Counted from the first letter of the stretch, positions 51,635 through 61,050 are shown. The stretch: DNA of 64,000 nt from Longimicrobiales bacterium (GCA_965249725.1 CBDFMQ010000002.1:2240001-2304000), one strand, 5' to 3'. The notes: generated by a model from the sequence alone, not told the origin. A program made the numbers and translations.

Positions 51635-51652
51635 CGATAACGGATTTTATGT
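51635..51652 (-). repeat. 18-bp mini junction site
   Basis: CGATAAC-GGAT-TTTATGT. Confidence 0.8.
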
Positions 51653-51721
51653 GACGCGCCGTTGGTGGACCTCATCAATAGCTACGAAACCCCAAAGGAC
51701 CTAAGGCAAATCGCGGTCTGC

Positions 51722-52537
51722 TCAGTCCCAGGCGACCACCTCGACCTCGGTCGGCTCGTCGAACCCCTTGAGACTGATGGAGCCGAGCGAAGTGAACGAG
51801 AGGCCCTTGCCCATGCACAGATCCCGGACGACTCGGGCGGCCAGTATCTGACCTGGCTCGGCGTGATCGCAGATGCGGGATGTGAGGTTGATTGTCGATC
51901 CGAACAATGCGTCGCCGTCGAGAACGGGCTCTCCTGCCCCGATGCCGATCTTCGCCCGCACGGGGATGCCGTCCGCGCCGTCAGAGGCATCCGCAGTCAG
52001 CTTGGCCTGAATCGTCATGGCGCAAGAGACTGCGGCGAAGGCCGACTCGAAGCTCGTCAGGAATCCGTCGCCCGCGCGGTCAACCTCCCGTCCACCGTGC
52101 TCGACTAAAGCTGCTCTCACCGTGTTCCGATAACGTCGCACGACTTCGAGAGCTGCAGCATCACCCAGTGTTCGAGTGATGTCCGTCGAGCGGACCATGT
52201 CGACGAAGAGGATCGCTCGAAAGGCACTCTCTCGAATCGGCTCCGAGTCGACGCTTTCGGGATCGGCGACCCGACCGAGGAAATGCGCGACAGTGGTTGG
52301 GTCGACCTCGATGACTTGGTGGGGAATCAGCCCGTGAGCTTCTCGATGCATCTCCCGGACGGCCTCCGCTGAGGGAGCCTCGACGAGGCAGAAGGCGGCT
52401 CCCCGAGGCTCGTCGTACCAGTAGGTGAGGGCCTTACAGGAGTGTCTGCCCTGCACCTTGACGTCCTGGTGATGGGCCGCCGCCACTTCCTCTGAGGTCA
52501 CGTCCCGAATGTCGTGTCGATCCATGAATAGCGGCAT
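51722..52537 (-). CDS. DUF4242 domain plus class III nucleotide cyclase (first cassette)
   Basis: MPLFMDRH, FCLVEAPS..HREAHG; ILFVDMVRST, AGDGF, INLTSRIC. Confidence 0.9.
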   Translation of the reverse strand: MPLFMDRHDIRDVTSEEVAAAHHQDVKVQGRHSCKALTYWYDEPRGAAFCLVEAPSAEAVREMHREAHGLIPHQVIEVDPTTVAHFLGRVADPESVDSEPIRESAFRAILFVDMVRSTDITRTLGDAAALEVVRRYRNTVRAALVEHGGREVDRAGDGFLTSFESAFAAVSCAMTIQAKLTADASDGADGIPVRAKIGIGAGEPVLDGDALFGSTINLTSRICDHAEPGQILAARVVRDLCMGKGLSFTSLGSISLKGFDEPTEVEVVAWD

Positions 52538-52631
52538 GCGTACGTTTCCTTCCGTGGGGTCCGGCCCAATAGGACGAATCGAGGCTCGCTCTGCGCTTCA
52601 CCCGCCAATTGTACTACCCGACAGGCGTGTC

Positions 52632-52702
52632 ATGTAACGGGCTCTTCACGAACCATATCAAGTTATCCGCCAAACGGCGACGTCATAACGTCTGACGTCG
52701 CC
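52632..52702 (-). other. Candidate attI-like insertion site
   Basis: ATGTAACGGGCTC at the first cassette boundary with no full element behind it; neighbouring IR GGCGACGTCA/TGACGTCGCC. Confidence 0.55.
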
Positions 52703-52761
52703 AAGACGACCACGAGGCGACGCACGTCGCCGCCCCGGTCCCATAGCGATACGCCTACCCA

Positions 52762-53380
52762 CTACTCCTCCCGCAACAGCCTATCTAGCGGGCTCTCTAC
52801 ATCCGTGGCCTCCCGGCGTGCGACGTGCGTATACAGCACGGTCGTCTTGATCTGACTGTGGCCGAGCAACTTCTGGATGTAGCGAAGGTCGGTTCCGGCC
52901 TCGAGGAGATGGGTGGCGAAGGAGTGCCGGAGCACATGAGGGGTGACGGGTCGGTCGATCCCGGCACGTTTGGCGGCGGCCGCCACTTGCCGTTGTACGG
53001 TCCGGGTCGTCAGGTGACGGTCGCGGCGGTGACCGGCCGGGAAGAGCCAGTCGTGAGGCCGTTCTACCGCAGCGTACTCGCGGAGCACCGCCAGCAGCAC
53101 AGCCGAGAGCATCACGTAGCGGTCCTTGCCTCCCTTCCCGTCGCGTACATGGATCATCATCCGATCGGAGTCGATGTCCGAGACCTTGAGGCGTACGACC
53201 TCACCCACACGGAGACCGCTCGCGTAGAGGACGAACGCGATGGCTATCAGTCCGCGCTTCCAGAAAACGCCTGGTGTGGGCCAGATAGAGTCGCTTCGTG
53301 CCGCGGGCGAACCCGCGAAGCGCCATCTCTTCCTTCATCCGAGAGAGCAACTCCTCGGAGTGAGCCGAGCGCCTAGGGTC
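52762..53380 (-). pseudogene. Tyrosine recombinase with SAM-like N-terminus, internal deletion/frameshift
   Basis: LLSRMKEEMALRGFARGTKRLY in one frame; LYASGLRVGE, GKGGKDR, HVLRHSFATH, LLGH, TTVLYTH in another. Confidence 0.9.
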
Positions 53381-53709
53381 TTTTGGATGGGGCATTCCCA
53401 ACGCTGCACTGGCCAGTCGGGCAACTCCATAGCGCCTCGGGTCCGGGTGGGAAGTCGGGCACCACTCCCCGACCGGCGACTACATCATCAAGGTCGCCGG
53501 CGGAAAGGATCTGATGAGCACTCGCACGCACGGGACGGCGTCCCTGTGGTCGGATAGCGACGCCGATCTTCGTGAGGTCTTGGATGGTGTCGACGCGCTT
53601 CTCGCGGACCTACGCCCGTAGACGAGGACGAAGGCGGACCCCAGCCCGAGGTCGGTATGCGATAGATCGACTAGCGCTGGCCGATCGGGCCCGCCAGTAG
53701 CGATCAGAT

Positions 53710-53898
53710 CGCCGAGCCCCCTCCCCCGCCGTCCAGTTTGCGCCAAGTAACCGGAGTTATTGCGGCCCCACGTGGGGTCCCGAGGCCCCATTCCCACCCC
53801 TAACTCACCGACGCCAAAAAGCCGGAAGCCCAGATCCCTCCTAGACTCCCGGCGAGTGAGCCGGGTGGGTCTCGAACCCACGACCTACGGATTAAAAG
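53710..53898. repeat. ~190-bp direct repeat copy 1 with tRNA-Lys(TTT) 3' fragment (53857-53898, minus)
   Basis: Minus strand CTTTTAATCCGTAGGTCGTGGGTTCGAGACCCACCCGGCTCA; copy 2 at 61660-61850. Confidence 0.85.
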
Positions 53899-54387
53899 AA
53901 CCTGGATGGATGCTCGCCAACGCTGGTAGCCGCTTGACTGCTGGGTTTGACGCTCGTGGGCGATCACTGGGCTCGTGCCCTAGGGTCCAGGGCACGCTCC
54001 CCTGCCGCCCATCCACGCGTCCCGGCGTCTCATCCGCGTATCGGAGTCTCCACTGCCGCCCTTTCCATCCGATCACGCTTCGGTGTGCCCTTACCCAGAG
54101 TCTTCCCTCCAACTGGACCATCCATCACTGCACGCCATACCTCGGCCTTGGACCCAAAGGGCGGTTGGATCTCCTATCCATCAGCGCGGAGATCGTCGAG
54201 GAGAGCGTTTCGGAGCTGGGCAAGCCCTTCACGGTCGTCATGTATGGCAACGGCGATCGCGGCTTACGGGACGCCGACAGCGGACAGCCGATTCCCTATT
54301 GGAACGATTTACTCCCCTGGCTAGACGGCGTCATCGAGTAAGATCAGGCTGAGTACGGACCATCGCGTCGTGGGATTTCGTCGGGAC

Positions 54388-55719
54388 TCAGTCACGCGCG
54401 ACCTCGAGTCCCTGCTCCGCCCACTCGGTGGTTCCGCCATTGATGCTGCGCACATTTCGGTAGCCCAAGGAAGCGAGGAACAGGGCTCCGGATAGAGATC
54501 GTACACCCGTCGCGCAAACGACGAGAACGGGGGCCTCGCGATCCTCGGGCAGGAAGTCGACGTAACGAGTCATCTCCTGCAGTGGCATCAGAAGCCCACC
54601 GGGAATACGCACGGCCGCGTATTCATCGGGCTCGCGAACGTCGACCACCACAGCATTCGCGGTCTCGATGAGGTCGTGGGCAGGCCCGACCTCGATGGTG
54701 AGGCCTGGCGCGCCCGCCGCGTTCTCGAGGAGCACGTCCATCATGTGCTCACGTGGACTGGGGGCCGCGGTCGAGCCCAGCTTTGGGAGGTACTTGGGCA
54801 CGGACGAGGCGTACTTGAAGGCACTGTCCGGGAACAGAACTACAGCCAGCACCCCCGGCTCATCCGGCACCAGGTCGAAGGCACCCGCGAGCGCCATGCC
54901 TGAACTCGGACCGGCTATGATGCTCTCCTCACGGTTGAGCCGGAGGCAGAGGTCGAAGGCCGCCTGGTTGGTCACCTCAACCAGAGTGTCATACTCGTCG
55001 GGCCGGAACAGCTCGGTCTGCTGAAGCTGGCGAAGGCTCCGCACTCCCGGAATGTCGTGTCCCTCTTCCGGGTGCACACCATGAACCTTGATGACGGGGT
55101 CCTTCTCCTTCAGGAACCGGCCCGTCCCCGTAATCGTTCCGCAGGTGCCCAGGCCCGCCACGAAGTGCGTTACCCCGCCGTCCGTCTGAAGCCAGATCTC
55201 GGGGCCTGTGGTCTTGTAGTGCGCCTCGGGATTGGCTTCGTTCTGATACTGATTAAGCATGTGGAAGTCGGGAGCCTCGGCCAGGTCGTTGGCTCTGGCG
55301 ATCGCGCCCTCGGGAGCACCGGGAGCGGGGCAAAGCGTGTCCTCGAGCTCGATGACGTCCGCGCCGAAGAATCGCAGCATCGTGCGCTTCTCGAGTGGGA
55401 TCGCCGATGACAAAGGGGTGGTGAGCGAGTACCCCCTCGCATTGGACATCATGGCCAAGCCCATGCCGGTGTTCCCCGACGTAGGCTCGACGAGCTTCTG
55501 CTCCGGGTGCAGCCCCCCCCGCTCTTCGGCATCGGCGATCATGTTGGCGGCGATGCGATCCTTGACCGCACCGAACGGGTTGTACCACTCGAGCTTTGCA
55601 TACACTTGTGCGTGCTCGAACGGAACCACACGATTGAGCCGCACGAGAGGCGTGGGATTCTCGGCGTCGCAGAGGAGGCCGAGTACGGAGTCGTATACGC
55701 GTCGTCGGTGATCTCGCAT
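54388..55719 (-). CDS. Cysteine synthase (PLP) fused to a rhodanese domain
   Basis: KLEWYNPFGAVKDR, EPTSGNTG, GLGTCGT; VDVREPDEY, CATGVRS. Confidence 0.9.
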   Translation of the reverse strand: MRDHRRRVYDSVLGLLCDAENPTPLVRLNRVVPFEHAQVYAKLEWYNPFGAVKDRIAANMIADAEERGGLHPEQKLVEPTSGNTGMGLAMMSNARGYSLTTPLSSAIPLEKRTMLRFFGADVIELEDTLCPAPGAPEGAIARANDLAEAPDFHMLNQYQNEANPEAHYKTTGPEIWLQTDGGVTHFVAGLGTCGTITGTGRFLKEKDPVIKVHGVHPEEGHDIPGVRSLRQLQQTELFRPDEYDTLVEVTNQAAFDLCLRLNREESIIAGPSSGMALAGAFDLVPDEPGVLAVVLFPDSAFKYASSVPKYLPKLGSTAAPSPREHMMDVLLENAAGAPGLTIEVGPAHDLIETANAVVVDVREPDEYAAVRIPGGLLMPLQEMTRYVDFLPEDREAPVLVVCATGVRSLSGALFLASLGYRNVRSINGGTTEWAEQGLEVARD

Positions 55720-56086
55720 GAGCCGTTCTCCTTGATGTCGACGGTGGGACCCGCCGGGCCTTCAGTTCCCGAATTCGCACCCCCCCTTTCCTAGTCCTCC
55801 GGAAGCCAGCGAGGGTTCTCCCGTCTCGGCTGTGAAGGCCCTACGGGCAACCGACTGGGTGACGCTGTCTCACTTGGCCGCCCCTTCGCGGGCCGAGAGC
55901 TCGTCCCGCTCCGTCGTTACTCGGGCCATTTCACCTGACCTACACCACTGCAATAAGGACACAATATTGAACGGAAAGTGAGCGCTCGTCCTCCCCGACA
56001 ATGCTATCGATCCTAAACTACCTTGACGCACCGGTGTTGGACAGACAAGTTTGGTTTCGCTACTATCTTTCCCACGGTGTAAACGA

Positions 56087-56947
56087 ATGTTTTCTTCCCC
56101 CCATGGTCTGGATTCGTTCGATCAGTACCTGCAAGACGTAGAGAAATACCCACTTATTCAGGACCCGTGGGAGGAGCGTGAGCTCGCGCGACGGGCGCGC
56201 GCTGGGGACAAGGAGGCCGCCGAGCGGCTCGTGACCGCGAACCTCCGATTCGTGATCTCCTTCGTGAAGAAGTACCGGGGCCGAGGGCTCGAGCTCAGCG
56301 AACTCGTGTGCATCGGCAACGAGGGGCTCCTCAAGGCAGTCAAGAGGTTCGATCCGGACAGGGGAGTGAAGTTCATCTCGTACGCCGTGTGGTGGATCCG
56401 CCTGACCGTCTTCCGGGCGCTGGGTGAGCAGACCCGCTCGGTGCGCATCCCACTGTATCAGAACTCGAAGCTCGCGAAGCTCGCGCGCACCAACACACAG
56501 CTCACGCAGTCGCTCGGCCGCACGCCGACCGACGCCGAGATCGCCAGTGAGATGGAAGAGCCGGAGGGGACCATTCGGGCTCTTCGTCGTGGCGCGGCCT
56601 CAGAGCTCAGCCTGGACGCTCCCATCGGCCGGAGGGATCGTGACAGCGCGAGTTTCGGTGAGCGATTCTCGGGGGCCGAGGCGTCGGATATCGAGGAAAA
56701 CGTCGACGCGATCGCCTGCAGGGACTTCCTCGAGACGATGTTCGAGCAGTACCTGACGGAGCGCGAGCGGAAGATCCTCTACCTGTACTACGGCCTCGAC
56801 GACGGCGAGGAGAGGACCCTGGAGGTGATCGGATCGCTTCTCGGCGTCACACGCGAGCGCATCAGGCAGATCCGCAACCAAGCGTTCGAGAAGCTCCTCG
56901 AGAGCCCGCACGGCGAATCCCTCTCAGGATTCTGGAACGCCAACTGA
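56087..56947 (+). CDS. Sigma-70 family factor (RpoD/RpoS-like, no region 1.1)
   Basis: LVTANLRFVIS, KFISYAVWWIR, TLEVIG..GVTRERIRQI. Confidence 0.95.
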   Translation: MFSSPHGLDSFDQYLQDVEKYPLIQDPWEERELARRARAGDKEAAERLVTANLRFVISFVKKYRGRGLELSELVCIGNEGLLKAVKRFDPDRGVKFISYAVWWIRLTVFRALGEQTRSVRIPLYQNSKLAKLARTNTQLTQSLGRTPTDAEIASEMEEPEGTIRALRRGAASELSLDAPIGRRDRDSASFGERFSGAEASDIEENVDAIACRDFLETMFEQYLTERERKILYLYYGLDDGEERTLEVIGSLLGVTRERIRQIRNQAFEKLLESPHGESLSGFWNAN

Positions 56948-57294
56948 AGCAGCGCCGGCCAGGGCGGTGGCGCCCGCCAGTAACGCTCAAGAGAGTGCCA
57001 GACACCCGGAGGCGAAGACGACTCGGCCGTCGGCTGCATGTCACGATGATGGCATGGTCCCGCCGAGTCGACATGGGTTGGCCCAGGTCGAGTCCGATTA
57101 TGACAAATAGACAACGTAAGAAGATCGAATTCCCACGCGGGTCCCGATCTCAAAGATTCACCGTCCACGCGGCGGCCTCTGCGAGAGGCGGCATCTACGT
57201 GGTGTGCCTGCGACCGGCCAGACACGCCCAACGCGGCGAAAACGCCATCTGACGCGCCAGGGTAGACATTTCACCGATCCGATGGAGTTAGCGT

Positions 57295-57933
57295 TCACCT
57301 CCGCTCGTCAAGCGAGGCGGAGAAGAAGCCGAGCTCACAGCGCATCGCGTAACGGTAGGCCAGAGAGACGTTGTGCGTGCCCTCGGCTAGCTGGTCGAGC
57401 AGCGACTCGAGCTCGGCTGCCAGCGCCTCGAACTCCTCACTCGAGTAGGTCTCGATCCACTCCCGATAGGGGTTTTTGGAGTGATCCTCTCGGGCCAACT
57501 CCTGTCCTAAGTATGCATAGAGGCGCATGCAGGGGGTCATCGCCGCCATGATCTCACCCGCCTCGGCGGTCCAGGCCGTCCGACGGAGGAAGTTCGTGTA
57601 GGCGCTCGTAGTCGCGTACGGCCGGACGTTCACCAGCTCGATGCTCAGACTCTCCGCGTACCCCTCGTGAAGCTTGAGTTCGTCGAGCACACCCCCGATG
57701 AGCCCGTGGAGGCTTCGAACGATGTCGATCCGATCTACTGCTTTGGCCGCAGCAACAGCGTAGGCGCTAAGAAAAGCCCTCAGGAAGAATGCGTCTTGGG
57801 ACACATATCTCGTGAATACCTCTGCATCCAGAGTCCCGTCTCCCAGCCCGCGGACGAATGGATGTGCTAAGCAATCCTCGACCAGCGCACGATTCTCTCG
57901 CCACAGGGTCAGGTGCAACGGCTCCAGCGACAA
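57295..57933 (-). CDS. tenA: TenA (thiaminase II) family protein
   Basis: HPFV, YVSQDAFFL, PCMRLY catalytic Cys, WIETYS. Confidence 0.9.
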   Translation of the reverse strand: MSLEPLHLTLWRENRALVEDCLAHPFVRGLGDGTLDAEVFTRYVSQDAFFLRAFLSAYAVAAAKAVDRIDIVRSLHGLIGGVLDELKLHEGYAESLSIELVNVRPYATTSAYTNFLRRTAWTAEAGEIMAAMTPCMRLYAYLGQELAREDHSKNPYREWIETYSSEEFEALAAELESLLDQLAEGTHNVSLAYRYAMRCELGFFSASLDERR

Positions 57934-57940
57934 GCTCTGC

Positions 57941-58555
57941 TCAGCCTTCCAAGGTCATACGCCAGAAGTCCCGCTCGTGGCGCAACACCGCGTTGAACAT
58001 TTCCTGCTGCCGCGGATGGCGGTGCTGGTCCGCGAGTTCACCAAGAGAATGCACATATGCCTGAAAGTCCTCGCTGGTCCAGCGCTCAATGAACTCGGTG
58101 TAGGGCCCCCTGGGCTCGAGGGTACTCCAGGCGACCGTATAAGCCACCTCGACGCCATAGAAGATGGCCAGCAACACCTCGAAGGACTCGCTATAGGCCA
58201 TGGCGACGAGAAAGTCCACATAACGCCGGCACACGGGATGCAGTTCGGCCCCGAGATCCAACGACCGGGCTTTGGCTTGTTCTTCGAACCAGTCGAGCTC
58301 GGCGTCCAGGGCTGAAAGGCCCCAGATCAGGAGCCTCTGGGCCGGCCTAGGTGTCTTCGCGACCGTGAGAGCCACGAACTCAGTGAAGCCCCCGACGAAC
58401 AGGTAGTCCTGCACGAGCCACCGGTTGAATGCCTCCTCGGGCAGAGAGCCCTCGCCGACAGCGTCGAGGAAGTGGGCCCGGGTGCCGCTCTCCCAGAGTT
58501 GTCCGGCGCCCGAGGCGAGGCGTGATTCTGTGAACTCTTTCACGTCGGGCGGCAT
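57941..58555 (-). CDS. TenA family protein lacking the catalytic Cys (TenA_E-like)
   Basis: WLVQDYLF, ELDWF, ERDFW. Confidence 0.85.
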   Translation of the reverse strand: MPPDVKEFTESRLASGAGQLWESGTRAHFLDAVGEGSLPEEAFNRWLVQDYLFVGGFTEFVALTVAKTPRPAQRLLIWGLSALDAELDWFEEQAKARSLDLGAELHPVCRRYVDFLVAMAYSESFEVLLAIFYGVEVAYTVAWSTLEPRGPYTEFIERWTSEDFQAYVHSLGELADQHRHPRQQEMFNAVLRHERDFWRMTLEG

Positions 58556-58556
58556 C

Positions 58557-59627
58557 CTAACCCCCAACGTGGGACATCTCGACCTTGGGCCACGACGCGG
58601 TCTCGGAGGTACGTATCTCAGAGTAACGATCGCTGCGGCCGGACCAGATGGCTCGAACCGTCTCGGAAATCTCCTCGTCTGACCGACCATCACGAAGCAG
58701 GTGACGGAAATCGTGCCCGCGCGCGCCGAACAGACACGTGTATAGCACGCCTTCGGCCGTAAGTCGCGCCCGTGTGCAGTCTCCGCAGAAGGGCTGCGTG
58801 ACCGAGGCAATCACACCGATCTCTCCTTCACCGCCGCGGTACCTGTAGCGTCTCGCGACCTCACCCCGGTAGTTCGGTTCGGCCGGCTCGAGCGGAAGCT
58901 CGTCGTCTATACGGCGGACGATCTCGGCGGCGGGCACCACATCCTCCAGCCGCCAACCGTTTGTCGTTCCGACGTCCATGTATTCGATGAATCGGAGGAT
59001 GCAGTCCGTTCCTCGAAAGTAGCGCGCCATGGGGAGCAGCTGATCGTCGTTCACGCCCCGCTTGACGACCATGTTGATCTTGATTGGGGACAGACCCGCG
59101 GCCCGCGCAGCTTCGACACCCTCAAGTACGCGCTCAACCGGAAAATCCACGTCGTTCATGGCCTTGAAGACGGCATCGTCGAGGGCGTCGAGGCTAACGG
59201 TCACCCGCCGCAATCCGGCGTTCTTGAGCCCTGTAGCCTTCTTAGCCAACAGGGAGCCGTTCGTGGTAAGGCTCAGGTCCCGCAGGCCATCGAGCCCCAT
59301 TAGCATCTCAATCAGCCGCTCGAGGTCCCGGCGCAGCAGCGGTTCCCCACCCGTGACGCGGATCTTCTGCACGCCATGGTTAATGAATATCCGCGCGAGG
59401 CGGGCGATCTCTTCGAAGGTCAGCAACAGCTCCCGCGGAAGAAACCGGTACTCTCTTCCGAACACTTCTTTCGGCATACAATAGGTGCAGCGGAAGTTGC
59501 AGCGGTCAGTGACCGAAACGCGAAGATCGCGGAGCGACCTCCCGAGAGTATCAGTCACGCCGCCGGGGGTGTCCCCCATGACGAGGGCCCGCATCAGACG
59601 ACCACCGTGATCGGATAGCTTGGGCAT
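58557..59627 (-). CDS. moaA: GTP 3',8-cyclase
   Basis: [19 protein letters not shown]-terminal GG. Confidence 0.95.
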   Translation of the reverse strand: MPKLSDHGGRLMRALVMGDTPGGVTDTLGRSLRDLRVSVTDRCNFRCTYCMPKEVFGREYRFLPRELLLTFEEIARLARIFINHGVQKIRVTGGEPLLRRDLERLIEMLMGLDGLRDLSLTTNGSLLAKKATGLKNAGLRRVTVSLDALDDAVFKAMNDVDFPVERVLEGVEAARAAGLSPIKINMVVKRGVNDDQLLPMARYFRGTDCILRFIEYMDVGTTNGWRLEDVVPAAEIVRRIDDELPLEPAEPNYRGEVARRYRYRGGEGEIGVIASVTQPFCGDCTRARLTAEGVLYTCLFGARGHDFRHLLRDGRSDEEISETVRAIWSGRSDRYSEIRTSETASWPKVEMSHVGG

Positions 59628-59649
59628 CGGTCCCTTGCGAATCCCTCAA

Positions 59650-59880
59650 TCAAAAGTGGGCCTTGTTCTTCTCGGTGTAGGAGTTCCACTCAGGCGGGAC
59701 GTCCGTGTCCAGGAAGATCGCCTGCACGGGGCATTCCGGCTCGCAAGCTCCGCAGTCGATGCACTCGTCCGGGTGGATATAGAATTGATCTTCACCCTCG
59801 TAGATGCAGTCCACGGGGCACACCTCCACACAGCTGGCGTCCTTCGTGCCGATGCAAGGTTGAGCGATGATGTAGGTCAT
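59650..59880 (-). CDS. Dicluster (FdxA-type) ferredoxin
   Basis: MTYIIAQPC...[10 protein letters not shown]...[12 protein letters not shown]. Confidence 0.95.
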   Translation of the reverse strand: MTYIIAQPCIGTKDASCVEVCPVDCIYEGEDQFYIHPDECIDCGACEPECPVQAIFLDTDVPPEWNSYTEKNKAHF

Positions 59881-59972
59881 CAGGTGCTCCTCACCGCGGC
59901 TTCGCACATCTTGATGGTCAAGGTGGTCGAGGGTGGTGGAGGGCAGCCTTGCGTGCACGAAAGTCCGGGACT

Positions 59973-60099
59973 AAATAGTAGCGATACCATACTAAAGCCT
60001 GGTGCCGGGCATGTCAATCTGGAGTTCGGCCCGCGGCTGAGTGGAAGCCAACGGTCACGGTACCGGCGTGGTCAGGGAGATCCGGCATCGCTACTATTT
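59973..60099. promoter_or_regulatory. Inverted pair of candidate operators in the fdx/marR divergent region
   Basis: AAATAGTAGCGATACC (59973-59988) and GGCATCGCTACTATTT (60084-60099). Confidence 0.6.
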
Positions 60100-60104
60100 C
60101 GGAG

Positions 60105-60671
60105 ATGGATCCAGATACTGATAGGCGTACCCTCGCTGAGTTGATCGTCTTGCTGGGCCGGCTCGCGTATAGCGGAGGCCGACTCGCTGCTCTGACCCCC
60201 GCCCAATGGGCCGTCCTCCGCTACTTCGCCAGAGCCAATCGCTTCTCACGGACGGTCTCGAGCTTCGCGGAGTTCCATGCGACCACCCGAGGGACGGCCT
60301 CGCAGACAGTCAAGGCACTCGTGGAGAGCGGGTATGTGACCCGCACCCGCTCCTCGTTGGACGGAAGAAGTACCCGCTTCGATCTGACGGATCAGGCGCA
60401 CGCCGCCCTGAGGGAAGACCCCTTCAACGACGTGGCCACGGCGGTTGGTCAGCTCCCAGCCAAGGCGCGGGCAGAAGCGGCGGGAAGCCTCCGCCGGATA
60501 CTGGCTGAGCTCGTCAAGGGCCGGGGAGGGAAGGAGTTCGGCACCTGCCCCTCCTGTGGCTACCTTAGGAGATTCGAGGATGGTGATACGTTCCGATGCC
60601 ATTACTTCGGTGTTGCCGTGGAACCCCTCGAGCTGGAGCTGCTCTGCTCGAACTTCGCGCGAAAGGCGTGA
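60105..60671 (+). CDS. MarR-family regulator with C-terminal 4-Cys domain
   Basis: LTPAQWAVL, winged HTH, DGRS; CPSC...C...C. Confidence 0.9.
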   Translation: MDPDTDRRTLAELIVLLGRLAYSGGRLAALTPAQWAVLRYFARANRFSRTVSSFAEFHATTRGTASQTVKALVESGYVTRTRSSLDGRSTRFDLTDQAHAALREDPFNDVATAVGQLPAKARAEAAGSLRRILAELVKGRGGKEFGTCPSCGYLRRFEDGDTFRCHYFGVAVEPLELELLCSNFARKA

Positions 60672-61050
60672 CCGACGGGCAGGGTTCCCCCTCCCTCGTA
60701 GCGCTCAAAATGAGGCTCAGAACGAACAGCCATTTAGTAGCCATACGACACCACTTTGTCTGTTCCAGTGATGGCAAACGGGACTGGTACCGCACAGGTA
60801 GAGAGATCCGATGGCGGTAGCTGGCGGCGGTGATGGGGCCACAGCCACAGGTGGCTCGAAGCACGGAGCGGACGCAGTTGCTCCTTGTCACCGGTGCCGG
60901 GGAACCGGTCCGTCATCACATGTCCAGTGAGTAACACAGGTCGCCCACGAAGAGCAGTGGCGGCACCTGAAAGATGCTCTTGACGAACGCGTACGCCTGC
61001 AGTTCTTTGATTTCCGCTCTTGACGATCACAACAACAATGAGGAACTATC

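Larger units (their letters stand above)
40574..52668 (-). mobile_element. Integron-like gene cassette array (13 segments)
   Basis: Repeated TAAC...GTTA elements separate single genes or TA pairs; most ORFs on the minus strand; tyrosine recombinase adjacent. Confidence 0.9.

Noticed and set aside
40574..52668. CRISPR array interpretation of the repeats
   Set aside because: Repeats are ~145 bp, separated by whole genes, and no cas genes are present
53857..53898. Complete tRNA-Lys gene (also 61808-61850)
   Set aside because: Only the 3' half is present; no 5' anticodon stem, D arm or 5' acceptor strand
53900..54341. Possible hydrolase C-terminal fragment (FTVVMYGNGD...WLDGVIE)
   Set aside because: Too short and degenerate to support a call
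60860..60985. Possible glycine riboswitch (TCTTTCAGG and AAGGAGCAA on the minus strand)
   Set aside because: Motifs are in the wrong order and on the strand opposite the downstream gene
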